Below are positions 15,406 through 24,491 of a stretch of DNA of 64,000 bases, one piece after another (the stretch's first letter is position 1; each line of letters begins with the position of its first letter). The stretch is from Nitrospirota bacterium (GTDB lineage Bacteria > Nitrospirota > UBA9217): NCBI GenBank assembly GCA_963737155.1, contig CAVTRN010000001.1, forward strand, positions 768,001 to 832,000, given 5' to 3'. A program made the translations under genes and the position numbers. A model generated the notes under the pieces. The model was not told the DNA's origin. It did no database searches and was given only the letters and a program-made list of their open reading frames with translations.

Positions 15406-15981
15406 ATGGCAGATATGATTGAAATCAGGTGGCACGGAAGAGGGGGTCAGGGAACCGTCACCGCGGCCAAGGTGCTCGCTGACGCCTGTCTTTCCGGCGG
15501 ACGCCAGGTGCAGGCGTTCCCGGAATATGGGCCGGAACGCGCTGGTGCGCCGCTCCGTGCATACAACCGTATAAGCGAAAAAACGCTCCGGATGCATTGC
15601 CCTGTGCTAAATCCGGGAGTGGTTGCGGTGGTGGATGCGTCGCTCCTTGACGCGATCAACGTTGCTGAAGGCGCGAAAGACGATGCCATCTTCGTAATCA
15701 ATACTAGTAAGGACCCGACAGAAGTCCGTGAGAAACTGAAAGCAAAGCCTTCCCAGAAGGTTTTCACGATCGATGCGACCAAAATCGCGATTGAGCAGAT
15801 CGGTCGGCCAATGCCGAACGCCTCCATGCTCGGTGCTGTAAACAAGGCCACGGGGATTGTGGCAATGGATATGCTACTCGATGACGTGAAAGGGAGCTTC
15901 GGTAAGAAGTTCGCCCAGAAGATCATTGATGGAAATCTGGCAGCGGTTAAGCGCGGATACGAGGAGGTAAGGCAGGGATGA
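15406..15981 (+). CDS. porC: Pyruvate/2-oxoacid:ferredoxin oxidoreductase gamma subunit
   Basis: EIRWHGRGGQG, YGPERAGAP. Confidence 0.92.
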   Translation: MADMIEIRWHGRGGQGTVTAAKVLADACLSGGRQVQAFPEYGPERAGAPLRAYNRISEKTLRMHCPVLNPGVVAVVDASLLDAINVAEGAKDDAIFVINTSKDPTEVREKLKAKPSQKVFTIDATKIAIEQIGRPMPNASMLGAVNKATGIVAMDMLLDDVKGSFGKKFAQKIIDGNLAAVKRGYEEVRQG

Positions 15982-16271
15982 AACAGATGAACTGGAAAGA
16001 ATTGCCTCATGCTGGAACGATCCTAAAGGCCGGCAATGCGAATGAATATAATACAGGTTCTTGGCGTTCGTTTAAGCCGAGGTGGGTCCAAGATAACTGC
16101 ATTCAGTGTCTGTTCTGCTGGATTTACTGCCCCGATTCCGCGGTCACGGTAAAAGATGAAAAGATGACTGGTTTCGATTATGATCACTGCAAAGGCTGCG
16201 GTGTATGCGCCATGGAATGCCCGGGCAAGAAGGGCAACAAGGCCATTGTCATGGAAGAGGAGGGCAAATAA
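15978..16271 (+). CDS. porD: Oxidoreductase delta subunit (2x[4Fe-4S])
   Basis: TGSWR, CIQCLFCWIYCP, CKGCGVCAMECP. Confidence 0.92.
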   Translation: MKQMNWKELPHAGTILKAGNANEYNTGSWRSFKPRWVQDNCIQCLFCWIYCPDSAVTVKDEKMTGFDYDHCKGCGVCAMECPGKKGNKAIVMEEEGK

Positions 16272-16273
16272 TT

Positions 16274-17461
16274 ATGGCTGTAGCGACGACAAAAACCGTG
16301 GCGGTCACTGGCAACCAGGCTGTTGCCGAAGCGCTCCGCCAGTTAAACCCCGATGTGATGCCCGCCTATCCCATTACGCCGTCAACAGGAATCATGGAGT
16401 CGTTTACCACTTTCGTCTCGAACGGCAAGGTGGACACCGAGACGATCCTTGTAGAGAGTGAACACAGCGCCATGAGCGCCTGCATCGGTGCATCTGCGGC
16501 GGGCGGCCGCGTTGCAACGGCGACGAGTGCACAGGGTCTGGCCCTTATGTGGGAGATGCTCCACATTGCGTCCGGTTATCGCCTGCCGATTTTGATGGCG
16601 CTCGTAAACAGGGCATTATCCGCGCCGCTCAATATTCACGGCGATCACTCAGACGGCATGGGCATGCGCGATTGCGGATGGATCCAGCTCTTTTCGGAAA
16701 ATGCCCAGGAAGCGTACGACAACACGATCATGGCCTACAGGATCGCGGAGCACAAGGACGTGCGGTTGCCGATCGCGGTTAACATGGATGGATTCATCAT
16801 AAGCCACTCCATCGAGAGCATGCAGTACATGACCGATGAAAACGTGAAAAAGTTCGTAGGTGAATATATCGCCATCAATCCACTGCTTGATATCGACAAC
16901 CCGAAGAGCATCGGGGCGCTCGTGCTGCCGGACTACTACATGGAGCACAAGCGCGCCCAACACGAGGCCATGCTGAATGTGAAGCGCGTCGTAGAAGAGG
17001 TATCCGACGAATTTGCTGGGATTACGGGCAGGAAATATGACCTGTTCGAATCGTACCGGATCGAGGATGCTGAGATCGTGCTTGTGGCGCTGAACTCCGC
17101 CGCCGGCACGATCAAAGATGAAGTCGACCGGTATCGTGCGAAAGGTGTCAAGGCTGGCCTGCTGAAACCCCGGCTTTTCCGACCCTTCCCCTATGACGAA
17201 ATAGGCGCCGCGCTCAAGAACGCTCAGGCTGTCTGTGTCATGGACCGTGCGGATTCCTACGGAGGCTATGGCCCGCTGTTTATGGAAATCGCTTCAGCAC
17301 TATATCCCCAGCGAGGACCAGTTATGTTCAACAAAATCTACGGCCTCGGCGGTAGGGACCTGATGCCCCTCGATGTGGACACGGTGATTGAAGAGACCGC
17401 GGAAGTCGCCAAGAGCAGCAAAGTCAGGATGATGAAAGAGTACATTACAATCAGAAATTAA
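16274..17461 (+). CDS. porA: Oxidoreductase alpha subunit
   Basis: YPITPST, ESEHSA, NRALSAPLNIHGDH. Confidence 0.93.
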   Translation: MAVATTKTVAVTGNQAVAEALRQLNPDVMPAYPITPSTGIMESFTTFVSNGKVDTETILVESEHSAMSACIGASAAGGRVATATSAQGLALMWEMLHIASGYRLPILMALVNRALSAPLNIHGDHSDGMGMRDCGWIQLFSENAQEAYDNTIMAYRIAEHKDVRLPIAVNMDGFIISHSIESMQYMTDENVKKFVGEYIAINPLLDIDNPKSIGALVLPDYYMEHKRAQHEAMLNVKRVVEEVSDEFAGITGRKYDLFESYRIEDAEIVLVALNSAAGTIKDEVDRYRAKGVKAGLLKPRLFRPFPYDEIGAALKNAQAVCVMDRADSYGGYGPLFMEIASALYPQRGPVMFNKIYGLGGRDLMPLDVDTVIEETAEVAKSSKVRMMKEYITIRN

Positions 17462-17551
17462 TAAATAAAGTCAACCGCAGAGGGCGCCGAGGACAATGAG
17501 AGTCGAACGTTGATTCCCTCAGTGGCTTTGTGGTTATCCAAGGAGAAGAGA

Positions 17552-18505
17552 ATGAGCACGACACCGGAAAAATCCCTGACTCTTAAATCGCTGTCACACA
17601 AACCGAATCAACTCACTGGCGGTCATCGAATGTGTTCTGGGTGCGGCGCGCCGACGGTTGTGCGCCAAGTTCTCTTGGCCATAGACGGACCCATTGTGAT
17701 CGCGAACGCCACGGGCTGTCTTGAGGTGTCGACCTGTCTGTTCCCATACACAGCCTGGCAGGTACCCTGGATGCATAGTGCTTTCGAAAACGCCGCTGCC
17801 ACTGCCTCTGGGATAGAAACGATGTACCGGGCGCTCCGGAAAAAAGGCAAAATCAGCAAGGATATCAAGTTTATTGCTTTCGGTGGCGACGGCGGCACCT
17901 ATGATATTGGGTTCCAAGCGCTTTCTGGCGCAATGGAGCGGGGTCACCAGCTCCTTTATATCTGTTACGATAACGGCGCCTACATGAACACCGGTATCCA
18001 GCGATCGAGTGCTACCCCCCTCGGCGCAGACACAACCACGCAGCCAGTAGGCTCTCAAGTTCAGGGAAAAACGCAACGCCGTAAGGATCTCACACGCATA
18101 ATGGCCGCACATAATGTGGCTTATGCTGCGCAGGCTTCACCGCATAACTGGAAGGACCTCATGACCAAAGTGAAAAAAGCTCTGGAAACAAACGGGCCTG
18201 CCTATATGGGTGTTATCGCTCCCTGCAACCGTGGGTGGAGGTCTCAGACCAATGATTCGATCCTTTTGTCCCGGCTCGCGGTCGAGACGTGCTACTGGCC
18301 TCTCTATGAAGTCCAGGATGGCAAGTGGACCATTAACTATGATCCGAAGGATAAAAAGAAGCCTGTTGCGGATTGGCTCAAGCCGCAGGGTCGGTTTAAA
18401 CATTTTTTTGCGCCGGGAAATGAGGCGTTGCTGGAGAGGTTCCAAAATCTTGTGAACGAAGACTGGGAGAGCCTGAAGAAACTCCAGGAGATGTCCAAGG
18501 GTTGA
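17552..18505 (+). CDS. porB: Oxidoreductase beta subunit (TPP-binding)
   Basis: CSGCG, GGDGG..YDNGAYMNTG TPP motif; ATG after AAGGAG. Confidence 0.93.
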   Translation: MSTTPEKSLTLKSLSHKPNQLTGGHRMCSGCGAPTVVRQVLLAIDGPIVIANATGCLEVSTCLFPYTAWQVPWMHSAFENAAATASGIETMYRALRKKGKISKDIKFIAFGGDGGTYDIGFQALSGAMERGHQLLYICYDNGAYMNTGIQRSSATPLGADTTTQPVGSQVQGKTQRRKDLTRIMAAHNVAYAAQASPHNWKDLMTKVKKALETNGPAYMGVIAPCNRGWRSQTNDSILLSRLAVETCYWPLYEVQDGKWTINYDPKDKKKPVADWLKPQGRFKHFFAPGNEALLERFQNLVNEDWESLKKLQEMSKG

Positions 18506-18529
18506 TTTTCACGATTCTGATTCCGAACC

Positions 18530-18564
18530 AAAATAGCCGGGGTGCTGCATCCCCGGCTATTTTT
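18530..18564 (+). terminator. Intrinsic terminator of the por operon
   Basis: AAAATAGCCGGGG..CCCCGGCTATTTTT. Confidence 0.8.
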
Positions 18565-18675
18565 ACGTGAAGGATAGAGCCAAAAAAAGCTTGAATTCTC
18601 ACGATTGATATGGTTTAATAACGTCACCTGAGCATTTTGTACTGGGCCATGCAGTTTGGATAAGGAGATGCAGAC

Positions 18676-19170
18676 ATGCTGGGTGCCGATTTAGTGATGT
18701 ATGAAGAAGAGTTTAAACAGATAGACGGAGAACTCCAGCGTCTTCTTCAGCAGGCAAATGCAAAGGTCGTCTTTCTTGTGGACAAGAATGGCCAGCTCAT
18801 TGCTGCGACCGGTGAGACGGAGAACCTCGACACGACGTCGCTGGCATCGCTGACGGCTGGCAATATTGCCGCAACCGGCGGCATGGCCAAGCTTCTGGGC
18901 GAGAAGGAATTTTCCATCCTCTTCCACGAGGGTGCGCGAGACAATATTCATATTTCCATTATTGGACAGCGTGTAATTCTCGTTGTCATTTTTGATCAAC
19001 GCTCTTCATTGGGTCTCGTACGACTCCGCGTGAAAAAGAGTGCCGAGATTCTCAGCAACATATTCAACCAACTCCTGCAAAAAGTGGAAACGGGAAAAGA
19101 TTCCGACAAGGGCAGCGAATCTCCCTTTGCCGAGATTACCGACGAAGACATCGATAAGCTCTTCGGTTAA
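18676..19170 (+). CDS. mglB: Roadblock/LC7 GAP MglB
   Basis: FLVDKNGQLIA, LASLTAGNIAATGG, LGLVRLR, C-terminal ITDEDIDKLF. Confidence 0.93.
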   Translation: MLGADLVMYEEEFKQIDGELQRLLQQANAKVVFLVDKNGQLIAATGETENLDTTSLASLTAGNIAATGGMAKLLGEKEFSILFHEGARDNIHISIIGQRVILVVIFDQRSSLGLVRLRVKKSAEILSNIFNQLLQKVETGKDSDKGSESPFAEITDEDIDKLFG

Positions 19171-19221
19171 AGGCAGCCTAGTGTATTCCACAATGATCAC
19201 AAGGAGAGAGATTACGACTCC

Positions 19222-19815
19222 ATGTCCTTTATCAATTATTCTTCGCGAGAGATAAACTGCAAGATCGTCTTCTACGGTCCCGGCCTCTGCGGAAAGACGA
19301 CCAACCTGCAGTGGATTTATAAAAAAACCAACCCAGACAGCAAGGGCAAGATGATCTCTCTAGCGACGGAAACGGAGCGTACCCTGTTTTTTGATTTCCT
19401 GCCACTGGCGCTTGGCGAAATCCGCGGATTTAAGACCCGGTTTCACCTTTACACCGTTCCGGGCCAGGTCTTCTACGATGCGAGCCGCAAGCTCATTCTC
19501 AAGGGTGTTGACGGTGTTGTGTTCGTCGCCGATTCGCAGATCGAGCGTATGGAAGCTAATATCGAAAGCCTCGAAAATCTTCGGTCAAACCTCGCCGAAC
19601 AGGGATATAATATGGACGCGGTGCCCTTGATCATTCAGTACAATAAACGGGACCTTCCGAATGTTGTGCTGATCGAGGAAATGCGCAAAGCGCTGAATTC
19701 GAGGAATGTTCCTGATTTCGAGGCCGTAGCAAGCGAGGGCACGGGTGTGTTCGATACTCTCAAAGCGATTGCAAAACTAGTTATCATGCAATTGAAAAAG
19801 GGTCGGGAAGGTTAA
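19222..19815 (+). CDS. mglA: Ras-like GTPase MglA
   Basis: MSFINYSSREINCK, GPGLCGKTT, ERTLFFDF, TVPGQ, NKRD. Confidence 0.96.
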   Translation: MSFINYSSREINCKIVFYGPGLCGKTTNLQWIYKKTNPDSKGKMISLATETERTLFFDFLPLALGEIRGFKTRFHLYTVPGQVFYDASRKLILKGVDGVVFVADSQIERMEANIESLENLRSNLAEQGYNMDAVPLIIQYNKRDLPNVVLIEEMRKALNSRNVPDFEAVASEGTGVFDTLKAIAKLVIMQLKKGREG

Positions 19816-19946
19816 GGTTCCAGGATCCGCCAGCTACGTATAAAAGGAACCAAAAAACTAAATAACCCGTTGACATATCAGGTTATATGTGGTAATTATA
19901 CCAGCCTGATTTCATTGTTCCATCTAAATTAAAACAAACTGATCAT

Positions 19947-20022
19947 TCCCGGATAGCTCAGTCGGTAGAGCTGGTGGCTGTTAACCACCCTGTCGCAGGT
20001 TCGAGTCCTGCTCCGGGAGCCA
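19947..20022 (+). tRNA. tRNA-Asn(GTT)
   Basis: TCCCGGA acceptor stem, CT-GTT-AA loop, GGTTCGAGTCC, CCA. Confidence 0.97.
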
Positions 20023-20032
20023 TAACAATATG

Positions 20033-20067
20033 AATAGTCCAATTCCTAAGGGAATTGGACTATTTTT
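20033..20067 (+). terminator. Terminator after tRNA-Asn
   Basis: AATAGTCCAATTCC-TAAG-GGAATTGGACTATT-TTT. Confidence 0.85.
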
Positions 20068-20106
20068 ACTTAGCGGCTATTGTCAAGATGTACTCGCGGG
20101 TTGGGG

Positions 20107-21851
20107 TCAATCAGTTAACGTGACCGACGAAGTCCGCCGCTCGGCGACTTTGGTCAGTTCATTCGCGATGTTCGGGCTTTCAAGCCGCATGAGGCTTTCT
20201 TCCACGACGCCGTAACTCAAGAGATTTATGCTGCCGTACCAGACGATCTTCTGGTCGATCACGGCGAATTTCTGGTGGATCTTCGAACGAAACACGACGC
20301 ACACGCCGGAGCTGTCCAACGTCTTCAGGGTTTCGCGCAACGCGGCCCCGTCTTTTTCCTTGAAATCCTCCGGCGGTCTGGTCACGACAATCGTTTTGAC
20401 TTCGTTTTTTACAGCAGTTTCGCGAAGGCCGTTGTGCCGCAGAGCACCCCTATGTCATGGTTGAGCAGTTTTTCGAGGGCAGCGTTCTGGTCGTCCCGTA
20501 GAACACCTTTGAATTCGACGTCGATCTTCCTGCCGTGATTAGTTTTGTCCACCCAGGCGACACCCACCCCGTGTTCGGTCATCAGCTCGTTCAGTTCCTT
20601 CCGGCATCCCCTCGGCAGACAGAGATATTCGGAAGTCTCTTCAGCGCAGCAGATGATTCTCGGTTTGCCGTAAGTCGGGAAGCGCATCGCCTGTGTTCTA
20701 TAGAACTCAGGGTTACTGAAGGCAGCCAGACGTTTGATTCGGTTCAAGCACCTCTGCGATATGCCGGCTTTGGGGACATACAGCATATTCGCGTTGACAA
20801 GCTCGAGCGCCTCCGGGAAATCCGACGGCAGCAATTTGACCGCCGCTGTTTCCCAGGGTTTATGCGGTTCTTCTTCAACGAGCTTCAAGACGCCGAGTTC
20901 ATTTCCTCGGCAAAGTGTTGCCGTGAGCGAAACAAGGTCTTTTTCGGTCAGTTTTCGGATAGCAACCAAGTACGACCATTGATCGGGATAGGAATTAAAA
21001 TCTTCGTCGATAAATTCGCTGTTTCGGGCGTTCCTCGCTTCTTTTTGCAGAGGGAGCGCAATCAGGTTTCCCAAGCCGCCCGCAGGCATCGTGTCCTGAT
21101 TGGGGAACAATCTATCATAGGATTTAAAGGTGAGCTCGTGCCGCGCGCTCATGGTCCGGGTGAGTAAGGCCGTGCCGAATTTTCTGGCAACCACGGCGGA
21201 CAGCGGCTCTTCAAAGAAGACCCAGGCATGGGCGCCGTTGCCTGAGCGGGAGCGTTCGACTGCAAGCGGTATCTCATGTTCAGACGCCATTTCTCGTAGG
21301 GCCGCGATGTCTTTGCGCCATTCCTCTTCGTCCAGATCGATGGCCAGAAACCGGCATGTCTCATCGGGAAGCATCGGGTAGACGCCGGCGACAATGTTCC
21401 CGCGCAGATGTTCTTCTACGACTTTTTCATTAAAAGGGACATACGCTGTATGGCCGCATGCTGAGCACTTGACCTGCGGTTTAGCGCAAAGCCCGCGTTC
21501 CCATTCGTTTATACAATACGGCGAATAACCGGAGGTCCCCTTCTTCCTGTTTTCCCACCGTCTGGCGTAAACGTCGTCCCGACCCTTGAAGAGCGACAGA
21601 AAAAGCCTGATTTTGTCGCCTACGTCCGATCTGCCGTTGACCAGCGACGGTAAAAAGGGTTTCCGTGTCCGGTCACCGAGGGTCGCTTCCGCTCCCTGTG
21701 TATTTTGCGAAATCTGATCCGGAGCAGGCAAGGGCTCGTCACGCAATCGGGCTTGTAACTCCCTGATTTCTTCCCGTAACCTCACGTTTTCGGCGAGCAG
21801 GTCCTGATACTGTTCGCGCAGCTCTCGTGCGGAGGAGTCTTTATCTGTCAT
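20107..21851 (-). pseudogene. AEP primase-like / SF2 helicase / PLD fusion (TOTE-type primase domain) with the helicase core deleted
   Basis: N-terminal ORF has FLAIDLD and ERSRSGNGAHAW; it ends at GTTAF where Walker A is expected; another frame continues directly into a PLD-like HQKFAVIDQKIVWYGSINL domain. Confidence 0.75.
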
Positions 21852-22006
21852 GAGTCTACCTCATTAACCTCATTGCGCATAGTACGCATATTATCTTAAA
21901 GCGGTCATGAAAATAAAGTTATTCTTTTGACTCCCACCTGCAAACCGGCTATAATTATTACCAGATTAGGCCTTTGTCGGCAATAACTACGACCACTACC
22001 GATCCT

Positions 22007-23320
22007 ATGCTAGAGACTATAAAAACTATCCTTTTGGATTTCCAGGAAATCAAACTTGAAACCGGAGTTTCCCGGCGCTTGCGCCTCGAGACGGTGCACG
22101 GCAAAGCCTCGGTCTGTATCGGGGTCCGTCGCAGCGGAAAGTCAACATACCTGTTCCAGGTTATTGAGCGGCTTCTCGAAGGCGGCGTATCGCGTGACAA
22201 CATCCTGTATCTGAATTTCTTTGACGACCGTCTGCACAATCTGCGTCATGACAGCCTGGGGCAGATACTTGAGGCATATTATTCTCTCTTCCCGGAGAAG
22301 AAAAACTCAGAAACAGTCTATTGCTTCTTCGATGAGATTCAAGCGATCCCAGGTTGGGAGCCTTTCATAGATCGTCTTATGCGTACTGAAAAATGCGAAG
22401 TATATCTCACAGGGTCATCGGCGCATATGCTTTCGAAGGAACTCGCAACGCAGATGCGCGGCAGGGCGCTGTCATGGGAGATGTTTCCGTTTTCATTTCA
22501 GGAATTCCTCGACTGGAAAGGGCATGCAAGTGCCGGCCCTCGCTCCACAAAGAAGAGGCTTATCATTAAGAAAGACTTTGCGGAATTCTGGGATACCGGC
22601 GGCTTTCCCGAGGTGCTCGGTCTGAGCAGAAATCTGAGGATCAGGACCCATCAGGAATACTTTCACGCCATCCTGTTTCGGGATTTGGTCGAACGCCACG
22701 ATGTTTCCCATCCGAAAGCGGTGACCGACCTGGCTCATTTCCTCGTGGACAACACGGCAGCTCTCTATTCAGTGAACAGCCTCACCGGGTATCTGAAATC
22801 ACTTGGGCACAAGGCACCCAAATCCGCAGTATCGGATTATCTGGAATGGTTCGAAGATGCCTACTTTCTATTTACCGTGCGTATTTTTGATGCATCCCTG
22901 GCGCGCAGCAATACTAACCCAAAGAAGATCTACTGCATCGATCATGCGTTAGTCGCGTCGGTATCGTCAGGGATTCTGGTCAATTCAGGACATCTTCTGG
23001 AGAATCTAGTCTTTACTGCGCTTCGGCGATACCACCCGGAAATCTACTATTACAAGACCAAGACCGGACGAGAAGTGGATTTTATTGTGCCGACACGAGA
23101 ACGCGAGCGTATGTTGGTCCAGGTGTGTGAGTCCCTAGCCGAACCGAAAACGAAGCAACGGGAGACAACGGCCCTCACAGAGGCGATGATTGAGCAGAAA
23201 ATAAAATCTGGTACTATCGTAACCAGGAATGAAGAGGAGCGGATTGAAACCGGACACGGGGCTATTGATGTTGTTCCGGTATGGCGTTTCCTTCTCAACA
23301 TGTCAGAAGTGGCAGAGTAG
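22007..23320 (+). CDS. AAA+ ATPase (AAA_14 with DUF4143-type C-terminus)
   Basis: GVRRSGKS, FFDEIQ, LTGSS, GGFPE, PKKIYCID, LENLV..EVDF nuclease-like tail. Confidence 0.9.
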   Translation: MLETIKTILLDFQEIKLETGVSRRLRLETVHGKASVCIGVRRSGKSTYLFQVIERLLEGGVSRDNILYLNFFDDRLHNLRHDSLGQILEAYYSLFPEKKNSETVYCFFDEIQAIPGWEPFIDRLMRTEKCEVYLTGSSAHMLSKELATQMRGRALSWEMFPFSFQEFLDWKGHASAGPRSTKKRLIIKKDFAEFWDTGGFPEVLGLSRNLRIRTHQEYFHAILFRDLVERHDVSHPKAVTDLAHFLVDNTAALYSVNSLTGYLKSLGHKAPKSAVSDYLEWFEDAYFLFTVRIFDASLARSNTNPKKIYCIDHALVASVSSGILVNSGHLLENLVFTALRRYHPEIYYYKTKTGREVDFIVPTRERERMLVQVCESLAEPKTKQRETTALTEAMIEQKIKSGTIVTRNEEERIETGHGAIDVVPVWRFLLNMSEVAE

Positions 23321-23379
23321 CCGGCTGTCACCCCGGTTCAAAACGTAAAAGGAGGTCACCATTCGCAACTACAAGTACA

Positions 23380-23608
23380 AAGATCGCCGAAGATCATTAA
23401 ACTTCGCAAGCTGACACAGACTCAGGCCTCATCGCTGCTCAAGATGACTCAGCCCAAACTGTCCAATATGCTGCATGGACGGTTCCGGGACATCTCGGCA
23501 ACAAAGATGCTTGAGTGCATGACCCTCCTGGGCCGCGACGTACAGATCGTTGTAAAACCGGCTTCTCGTTCGCGCAAGACAGGCCACGTTTCGGTACTCT
23601 TCGCCTGA
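23380..23608 (+). pseudogene. 5'-truncated XRE/HigA-like antitoxin copy
   Basis: Encodes IIKLRKLTQTQASSLLKMTQPKLSNML..RKTGHVSVLFA, closely similar to the gene at 27125-27445 on the opposite strand; no start codon. Confidence 0.8.
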
Positions 23609-23636
23609 TTAAATGCTACTGAAGATGATTGACAAC

Positions 23637-23753
23637 TCACTTCAAGGTCCATGTCGTACCGATGCGGGCCAGAACCCCCAATTTCCAGAGCGCGGCGAGA
23701 AGGCCACCAATCAAGGTAACATAACCAAGAAGATAAATACCCGTTCATTTCAT
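23637..23753 (-). pseudogene. Small membrane protein remnant
   Basis: MK*TGIYLLGYVTLIGGLLAALWKLGVLARIGTTWTLK*, a hydrophobic helix with a stop at codon 3. Confidence 0.45.
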
Positions 23754-24491
23754 GACAACCCCCCGAGCTTACCTTTCCTTTTTTTCCGTGAAATTCTGCT
23801 CACGTAGGCGCAGTGCACACCGAGATGACCGGCGATCGAACATTGAGCGTATCTGTGCTTCTCAATAACCTCGGCTATCTTCCTGTCCCGCTGCTTTTGT
23901 CGTGAGTATACTCTTAGTGAATATTTTTCAAGCTAAGGACAGTTGGGTGTCAAATGGTGATAAGATGGGTAGGTGATTGAAAAATACAACTTCAAACTTG
24001 CACATGGGATCATCTAGCTAAAAGTGCAATGTACAGGATATTGTTGCGTTTTTGTTATGGTTCAAAAAAATAATGACTACAATTAGAACTGAGTTCAAAG
24101 ATGCACGTTAACGTATGTAATCTGCACATGCATAAGTGTGTGACCAATTCTTTCGAAAATGCGACGGATCAGTCTGTTTAACAATCGTGAAGTTAAAATA
24201 ACCTTATTTTATTGAAATTTGTTCTTATGTAAGTATGCAAGGCATGACGAATTGCGCTTCGATACAAGACAATTAGGTGTCGTGATTTATCGGCTATTCA
24301 GAAGAGTGTCCTCTATTGAGCCCTGATGAAAGGAACCTTTCTCAAAACGGCACGGTGTTTAGAGAGATCCACAATCTGTGTGACACTGTTTCTACCCGAT
24401 TTAATTTTTCCCTTGTTTCAATCACCCACTTTAGGCTATATTTCGGTCATCATTGTTACTTGCAGAACCCTCGACAAAAGGAAACAATCCC

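Noticed and set aside
23745-23747. In-frame TGA at codon 3 of a small membrane ORF as selenocysteine
   Set aside because: No Cys or redox context; more likely a TGG to TGA nonsense change in a truncated gene
23780-24450. AT-rich spacer as a riboswitch or sRNA
   Set aside because: No recognisable aptamer consensus or stable structure by eye; an Rfam scan would be needed
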